A stretch of 64,000 nt of DNA. Origin: an uncultured Nitrososphaeraceae archaeon (GTDB lineage Archaea; Thermoproteota; Nitrososphaeria; Nitrososphaerales; Nitrososphaeraceae). The notes beneath the pieces were generated by a model. That model was not told where the DNA came from, searched no databases, and saw nothing but the letters and a program-made list of their open reading frames with translations. The stretch is from positions 1 to 64,000 of the forward strand of contig CAVSMN010000012.1 of the NCBI GenBank assembly GCA_963729045.1. Reading direction: 5' to 3'. A program made the position numbers and the translations under genes. Position 1 is the stretch's first letter, and each line of letters opens with the position of its first letter. Of this stretch, positions 57,356 to 64,000 are shown in pieces.

Positions 57356-58234
57356 ATGCCAATCATAATATCAAAGGATTATCGATTTTTACAACTTTTA
57401 CGTACTAATCTTAAGGTTTTGTATAGCTCTAGGAAAAGAAAGCCCCAAGACAAGATTCATGTTTCTGATATAATCTCTGGTTCCTGCCTACGTAAGGCAT
57501 TTTATGCTCGCACCGTTAAAGACTATGAACTAACTGTAGAAGATATTGACAATTTTGTGAGAGGTGAATCCTCTGAATATATTCTTGTAGGGCTTGCAGA
57601 CATCGGTATAAGTCAAATGGAATTGTTATTTGAAGATAATCTGATAGCAAGGCCTGATCTGATGACAGGAAGCCAATCTCACAGGACAGAATCTAAAGAC
57701 ATGATTTCCACAAAAAAGGATAAAGAGGCTGAAATCATCGTTGAATTTAAAGATACAAAGAGCTTTGAGAGGTTAAAACCAGATAATAAGCGGTTCAAAT
57801 CCTATCTTCGTCAATTATTATATTATTTGGTCATTTCTGGATATGATACAGGGATACTTTGTATTCGTTACGCAAATAATCGAAAAATGGTTTGGATAAA
57901 GCGAGACAGTCAAGGAGATTATTATTTTTCTCCCAAAACAAAAAATCAAAATGATGAAGGAAATTTGGCTGAGATCGAGTCGTGGACAGTAATACTAGAA
58001 AAAGGATCTCCTATCCGGGATGTTTTGAAAGAAGAAATTCGAACGAGGGTTTCTTTACTAAAATCAGCGCTTGATGATAATGCCGATGCTCAATTGCCCA
58101 AGGTGGCTGAAGAATGGAAATGTATAAAATGCCCATTTAAGCAGACTTGTAATCCCGCTAGTGTAATCAAGCAGGATTCTGAAATAGATATTTTAGATGA
58201 AAAGGGATTGATAGTAACAATAGAATCCAATTAG
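57356..58234 (+). CDS. Solo Cas4-like PD-(D/E)XK nuclease with predicted Fe-S cluster
   Basis: IHVSDI...CLRKAFY, RPDL, IVEFK, RQLLYY (QxxxY), WKCIKCPFKQTC; four Cys in 1+3 arrangement. Confidence 0.82.
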   Translation: MPIIISKDYRFLQLLRTNLKVLYSSRKRKPQDKIHVSDIISGSCLRKAFYARTVKDYELTVEDIDNFVRGESSEYILVGLADIGISQMELLFEDNLIARPDLMTGSQSHRTESKDMISTKKDKEAEIIVEFKDTKSFERLKPDNKRFKSYLRQLLYYLVISGYDTGILCIRYANNRKMVWIKRDSQGDYYFSPKTKNQNDEGNLAEIESWTVILEKGSPIRDVLKEEIRTRVSLLKSALDDNADAQLPKVAEEWKCIKCPFKQTCNPASVIKQDSEIDILDEKGLIVTIESN

Positions 58235-58415
58235 TTTAGTCAAAATTAAAGAGTAATATCCGTCAACAATTTACTTGTCCGTCAGTTTAAGTGCACTGAG
58301 CAGATTGCGAATATGGAATGTCATTCACGCTCGAAAATTCAGAGACTTGCCGAATTTAAATATTTACTAAATTAAATTAATTTGCTTTGGCAACTAACAT
58401 ACCTCCAATTCAAAT

Positions 58416-58967
58416 CTAACACATCCTCTTAAATGCCCATACCAATTTCCCGCTTGGACCTGTAAAGTTAAATTGATATTTTGGGAAATAAATTTTCTCG
58501 GCCAACGATTTCGTTGTCTTAAATATGACTAGCTTGATTTGCATATCCTTGTTTATTGCTTGGACCAGGCCGCTACAAAATAGCATTATGTATTTTCCAA
58601 TCCCATAACACCTGTATCGTTGATCAATACCTATTTTCTTTATTAAAAGTGCGCAGGTTGGTTCTTGGTAAAATTTCTCTCTCTTACCATTTTCTTCGTA
58701 CTGAGGAAGTAAATCAGATTGTTTCGTATGCAACCTTGTCAGATCAATAGAAAAAAAACCAATCCAATCATCAAAGTACTTTATGACATATTTTACTTCA
58801 TTAGTATTAGATTTACCGTTAAGGATGTAATTCTCATAATACTCTTGAACTGATAACGGGTCCTCACCGTTTGTTTGCCTGAAATCTATCTTTGGTAGTT
58901 GATGTTTCTTTGGATTAAAAATCTTAAATTTTAATCCGTTTGGATCAAATTGAGTCGTCTGAGTCAT
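58416..58967 (-). CDS. GNAT acetyltransferase, TacT/AtaT-like toxin candidate
   Basis: PTCALLIKKIGIDQRYRCYGIGKYIM acetyl-CoA motif; IGFFSI strand; likely ATG 58967. Confidence 0.7.
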   Translation of the reverse strand: MTQTTQFDPNGLKFKIFNPKKHQLPKIDFRQTNGEDPLSVQEYYENYILNGKSNTNEVKYVIKYFDDWIGFFSIDLTRLHTKQSDLLPQYEENGKREKFYQEPTCALLIKKIGIDQRYRCYGIGKYIMLFCSGLVQAINKDMQIKLVIFKTTKSLAEKIYFPKYQFNFTGPSGKLVWAFKRMC

Positions 58968-59112
58968 GTCTATGTTTTTCATAAAAGGCAATAGCTTCAG
59001 TTAAGAATTCTTGTTCTGTGGGATTATTCTTACCATTTAAATATTCAGAAATTTGGTGATATTCATCATCTTCCAGGAAAATATCAGAATATAGAGTAAA
59101 CAATTTTGACAT
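58945..59112 (-). CDS. Small acidic protein, candidate antitoxin
   Basis: 55 aa; IFLEDDEYHQISEYLNGKNNPTEQEFLTEAIAFY; overlaps the GNAT start by 23 nt. Confidence 0.55.
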   Translation of the reverse strand: MSKLFTLYSDIFLEDDEYHQISEYLNGKNNPTEQEFLTEAIAFYEKHRHDSDDSI

Positions 59113-59726
59113 GATTATATATCGAAAGAGCACTATTAAAATATCGTTAAAAGAATCTATTCTCTTTATTTTTATCATATCAGCGACTGCATTCGAATTA
59201 AAAGTAAAAGCTTAAGACTCGGTCAACTTTGATAGATACAAAGGTGTGATCCATCCGATGGATACCTAACCCATAATGGACTCAACCATTTGAACAATCA
59301 AATACACTATCTGTTGTTTCTAGTGATATTACCATAACTAAGGGTCATGTAAACACGTTGAAACTTTCTGTTTGTAAACCAATCATGCTTGTTTTACCTG
59401 CATGTTTTTATAGTAGTCAAATGTCCAGTCATAAGCTGTTTACCTACCCGATGTTCATTTTCAAAGCTAGATTCGTGAACTGGAATGACTATCTAAAGAT
59501 ATTCTGCTATCCAAATGAGCCTTATTTTACAAAATTATAGACTATCTTTTAGAGAACCCTAAACTAATGTCAATTACATTTGAAAAAGCATAGTTACAAT
59601 GCCCTCGGGTTTCATACATTTTATTCCTAAATCATTTTGTTTTGTCTTGGTTTAGACTTTATTCTAAGAACGATCCTAAAGCGTTGGGTTTAAAAACCAT
59701 GGTGAAAAATAATCCATGTATTAACA

Positions 59727-60137
59727 ATGAGTCAACACCATACCGACATTACCGAACCTCTTATCAAAAATCTTTTAGAAGACAAGAACTTGGCGTTTGT
59801 TGCTACCCTAATGAAAGACGGATCTCCTCAGATAACTCCTACATGGATCGATATACAAGGTAATGAGATTTTTATCAATACAGCGCTAGGTAGGGTAAAA
59901 CAGAAGAATGTAACGAGAGATCCAAGGATAGCGGTATCTATTGCAGATCGTAATAATCCTTACCATATGGTAACATTGAGAGGAGAAGTCATTGACCAGA
60001 TTACAGGCGAACTGGCTGACAGTCACATAGATAAATTAGCAAAAAAGTATCTAAACAAAGATAAATATCCTTTCAGAGCTCCAGGTGAAAAAAGAGTCAT
60101 TTTAAAGGTAAAACCTACACGAGTGGCATACATATAA
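59727..60137 (+). CDS. PPOX-class F420-dependent oxidoreductase
   Basis: VATLMKDGSPQITPTW, RVKQKNVTRDPRIAVS, DKLAKKYL, EKRVILK. Confidence 0.9.
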   Translation: MSQHHTDITEPLIKNLLEDKNLAFVATLMKDGSPQITPTWIDIQGNEIFINTALGRVKQKNVTRDPRIAVSIADRNNPYHMVTLRGEVIDQITGELADSHIDKLAKKYLNKDKYPFRAPGEKRVILKVKPTRVAYI

Positions 60138-60496
60138 AATCCATTGAATATCTGCTCAACTATGAATAGAATGTAATATCTCCGAATAAGGGAGGAACAG
60201 TTGAGTTTGAATTTTATTATACCAAATTCAAATCTTAAAAAAAGTATTAGACACACAAATCAATAGCATTTATAGTATTTACTAAGGGTTTAGAAATGCT
60301 GGCAGTGAGTGCCATGACACCCAACCCATCTGAATAAACAAGGGTATTTCAGGAGTATCTCACTTTCTGTCAATATTTAATATCACTTTGTAAGTCCTAA
60401 TTGCTAAATATTTTATTATTTATTACTTTCGACTTACTTGTTGCTCATGTTCATTATTTTTGTTAGAATTTCAAATATGCTAGATTGGGAAAAAAT

Positions 60497-61943
60497 CTAT
60501 AGCATATAGATTATGTCTGAAGAATGGGTTGGATATGCATACAGGATGGGATTATTGAGATCTTTGGCAGTAAGTCCTAATCTTATAGCCATCGAAAATA
60601 TGTTTATGACTTCCTCTGCGTGAGGTCCCAGCAGATGAGCGCCTAAAATTCTGTCACTGCCTTGCTCAATTAATATCTTAAATCCAGAATGAGTTTCACC
60701 TTCACGTCTAGAAGAATTCCATTCAGAGGTATTCATATGATTAATTCTAAATTGAAATCCTTGTTCTATTGCATCTTTTTCCACTTAATCCTACCGACGC
60801 AAGAGGCGGAATGGTAAAGACTACGCTTGGCAGACCAGCATAATTTACTTTACTGCTATTTCCATTTAAAATATTAGTTGATACAATATTCCCTTCATAA
60901 CTTGCTACCGGAGTTAAGGGTGCACCTCCACTTGAGGCAACATCGCCTGCTGCATATACAATAGGGTTTGAAATACTCTGAAGATATTCATTCACTTTTA
61001 TCCCTCTGGGGGTATATTCAATACCACCAGCCATTAGATCGAGTTCTTCAATATTTGGCACTCTGCCTGCGCCATGTACTACCATATCAGATTCTAGTGT
61101 TTTTGTCAATTTGTGCTCTCCTGGGGAATCTACTATAGAAGAATAGTGTACGAGTAATTTGCCATCACTTTCTAATGATGAAGAAGAAGAAATTTTATCA
61201 ATTTTCTCGACCTTTGTTTCTAATCGGACATCTATTCCAATATTTTTACTCTTCTGCACTAGTTGATTAACGAGGTCTGGGTCAAAATGTTCTAAGGCTT
61301 GTTTCCCACGATGAAAAATTGTGATCTTTTTGACACCAGAGCGGGCAGCAATATGCGCAAATTCAAATGATATGTATCCGCCACCAATGAATGCGATATT
61401 GTCAGGTAGTTGATAACTTTCAATATCCAAAAACTGATCACTTGTGATTACATTCTCTAAACCTGGAATACCTAAATTTACAGGTCTTGCTCCAGTTGCT
61501 AAAAAGATGTATTTTCCCTTTATAATATCATTATCTGTGTCTTCATTCGTATTGTTGAATTTCACTTTAATTGTGTCATTACCAATAAATTTGGCTTTTC
61601 CATGAATGGGAATAATTCCAGCCTTGATATAACTGTCTTCTCTTTGTTTTGGAAAAGGCTCTGTAAAGGTTTTCTTAAAGTTTATCAAGTCATGCCAATT
61701 TAGATGAACTTTGTCAACTTCGCTTATGCTCTTATTTTCAAGTCTATGGTTTGCATCAATTGCTTTTGCTGCTTCAACAAGAATTTTTTTTGGTTCGCAG
61801 CCGCGTAAAGCACAAGTACCCCCAAAAGGTAGTGAATCTATAATGGCAACTCTTAGTCCCTTAGAGCGGCAACTTGATGCAACGGTAGTGCCTGCCGTTC
61901 CTGTACCTATTACAATTAAATCATATACGCTTTCATTGTCCAA
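60497..61943 (-). CDS. Class I pyridine nucleotide-disulfide oxidoreductase, glutathione reductase-like (frameshift near 60780)
   Basis: GTGTAG, GGTCALRGCEPKK, GGGYISFEFA, YAAGD; C-terminal ILGAHLLG...YPT in ORF 60497-60784. Confidence 0.9.
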
Positions 61944-62345
61944 CTAGTACTCAATCCTAAATTAATCAAAAAAAGCAGACTCCTTTAAAGTTTTGAGTTT
62001 TGACCGATGTTACCCCTTATATAACCAATTTAAATCAACATCATCTATATTCACCTACTCTTGTGGATGCAGCAGAACCACTTTGTAACCTATGAATCTT
62101 TACCGAATTTTTCAAGCGATATGGCTTCACTTGACTGATATATATTAATAGAATTTTATCGTGGTATTAATCCTAAACAGATTAACGAGAATGGTGAAAG
62201 TGTTTCTGTCCCTTCCTTCTAAGATTCGACTAAAGTTGCAATACAAATACTACCTGATATGGATAGCAAGCATGTCCAATTGCACTTGGAATTTGGGAAG
62301 TATTCTGCAAAAGTTTTTATCTACTTAAAATAAGGTTATTTTATT

Positions 62346-63584
62346 ATACAATTCCATACCTTCTTTACGCACTTATCAAAGAAAATTATCAGTTTCAATT
62401 TATCTATAATCGTATTTTTTTTATTTTTAATCTTCCTTGCATTTGCGTGCCCAACAACCTTTATTTACCAAACTGCTAATGCCGTATCTTCACCTTCATT
62501 TAAATTACAGGAAATGATCAACGAAAATCGTGATTGGTTTCAAACTTATGGTAATAGCGACCTTAATTTAAAAAACAACTATACTGACATATTGGCTGTA
62601 AATTATCTTAGCGATGGTGAAAACCTAAATGCCACACTTTGGTTGAACGCTGGCATTAGTAATTATACGGACTTTAGTTACAAAAAGCCCTTAAACAAAA
62701 TAAATTATGGAATGCTTATAGATGCTGATTCTAATTCCGAAACAGGATATAGAGGAGCAGATTATGATTTATATTATGAATTAAGGGGTGGCAATCTAAG
62801 TGCCTATCTATATCAACTTTCATCAACAGGAGGCTACAAGTTGATAGGTTCAAACACAAACTTCACGGAATCTTATGATGACTCTGGTGCATTCCTGGGA
62901 TCTGTGGACTTTGGTCTAAATTTGGATTCAATAAATAATCCAAGCCAATACAATCTATTATTCTATTCTGCAGAGTCATTCGGGTCTAACGAAGTGAGGC
63001 AATTTACATCTTGGGTTAGTATTCCGCCACCTACATTACAGGTAACAACATCTCCAGAGGATATCTCAATAAGACAGGGCGAAAGTCTGATGGTTCCAGC
63101 AAGAATAAAATCCACCACAGGATTTTCAAACGATGTAGTTAACATTACACTATCAGGAGATAAAAATAGTGAGTATGCCATAGCCTCTGGTTTCAACTCG
63201 AGTGAACTAATTGTAAATGTGGAAAGAAATCAACCTCCATTATTTAAAATTGACGTTCCCAAAGAAACTCCTTTGGGTATTTACTCAATTCCCTTGATTG
63301 TTTCCATAAGAGAGCCTTCTGAAGCCGTAATAACAAAACCAATAAATGTGAATTCGGTGGGGGGAAAAGTGGACCCAGAATTTGAAATCTCTAAGGAGTA
63401 TCCAACTGAAGGTTATTTGACTAAACCAATAAACTTGACCGTTACTGTAATTGCCCCAATGACCCCTAGTGATCTGTTTAAGGAGTTTTGGGGAACTTAT
63501 GGGTCCTTTATAGGGATTTTTGCCGGCGCTTTTATAGGTGCTTTTGCAAAGGTGTTATTTGATAAAAGAAAGAAAGAAAATTAG
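62346..63584 (+). CDS. Secreted beta-rich protein with C-terminal membrane anchor
   Basis: Frame open upstream of ATG 62514 through a signal peptide (IIVFFLFLIFLAFACP...TANA); C-terminal TM plus KRKK; start codon uncertain. Confidence 0.75.
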   Translation: MQFHTFFTHLSKKIISFNLSIIVFFLFLIFLAFACPTTFIYQTANAVSSPSFKLQEMINENRDWFQTYGNSDLNLKNNYTDILAVNYLSDGENLNATLWLNAGISNYTDFSYKKPLNKINYGMLIDADSNSETGYRGADYDLYYELRGGNLSAYLYQLSSTGGYKLIGSNTNFTESYDDSGAFLGSVDFGLNLDSINNPSQYNLLFYSAESFGSNEVRQFTSWVSIPPPTLQVTTSPEDISIRQGESLMVPARIKSTTGFSNDVVNITLSGDKNSEYAIASGFNSSELIVNVERNQPPLFKIDVPKETPLGIYSIPLIVSIREPSEAVITKPINVNSVGGKVDPEFEISKEYPTEGYLTKPINLTVTVIAPMTPSDLFKEFWGTYGSFIGIFAGAFIGAFAKVLFDKRKKEN

Positions 63585-64000
63585 ATTATTATAAAAATAA
63601 ATATCTATTTCTTTTTTCTTCTAAATGTAGGCAGAAAGTTACAGGTTTTGCCTATTGTTATTTTTCCAAAATAAGTTTGAAATCAGAGGAGCAGGATAAA
63701 AACCATCTAATACTTATTCTTACAAATTACAACATGATTATTAGGAAATTCTGGATCTATAGTCAATCTATAATATCCTCTTAATAATGCTATTTCATTT
63801 GCAGATTTTTGATTACCAATTAGTTAACATTTAATATAGATTTCTTGAATGTTTAACTAAATGATATGTTGTTGTTTTAAATGAGTTTCTTAGTTTAGTA
63901 TAGACTATGAATTAGAGAATCTTACTTTAGTCTTTGAATAAGTGAATTTATTTCATAAATTACTAGACATAATGCATAACTGGTAATGACGATTTATGAC

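Noticed and set aside
60497..61943. Mercuric reductase (merA) call
   Set aside because: No C-terminal Cys-Cys pair, no N-terminal metal-binding domain and no mer genes nearby.
1..64000. tRNA, rRNA, C/D-box RNA, riboswitch or IS transposase
   Set aside because: No cloverleaf, rRNA-like tract, properly spaced C/D boxes, recognisable aptamer or transposase motif seen; a covariance-model scan would be needed to exclude them.

Overview
AT-rich archaeal DNA. Gene content (thaumarchaeal-type tyrosine integrases, MEDS-domain sensors, cupredoxins, a short parvulin, an F420-dependent PPOX enzyme, N/Q/G-rich secreted proteins) points to a soil ammonia-oxidising archaeon of the Nitrososphaeraceae, probably Ca. 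Nitrosocosmicus-like; this taxon call is inference. It is an accessory region with low coding density and no rRNA, tRNA or CRISPR array. At least 12 genes are split by single-base indels while both halves look intact, which most likely reflects long-read assembly error, so I report them re-joined. Main contents: an integrase at the left edge with foreign-looking cargo, two patatins plus a remnant, transporters (SBF, two MFS, NhaP, CDF, a channel with a non-canonical filter), a MEDS-MEDS/REC-MEDS pair, a decayed element with an 11-bp tandem array, a DUF308-GH5 fusion, an orphan ParB followed by a 22-bp palindrome, a 15-TPR protein, duplicated wHTH genes, HtrA, redox enzymes, and a solo Cas4-like nuclease converging on a TacAT-like GNAT pair. 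The best novelty candidates are a putative small-RNA family (TATA box, long hairpin, oligo-U, shared loop UGUUC(U)CCGUGU) with copies at about 5.1 kb and next to the Cas4-like gene, the Cas4/GNAT module, the ParB plus parS-like palindrome, and the curli-like secreted proteins. All product calls come from motifs read by eye; no searches were run.
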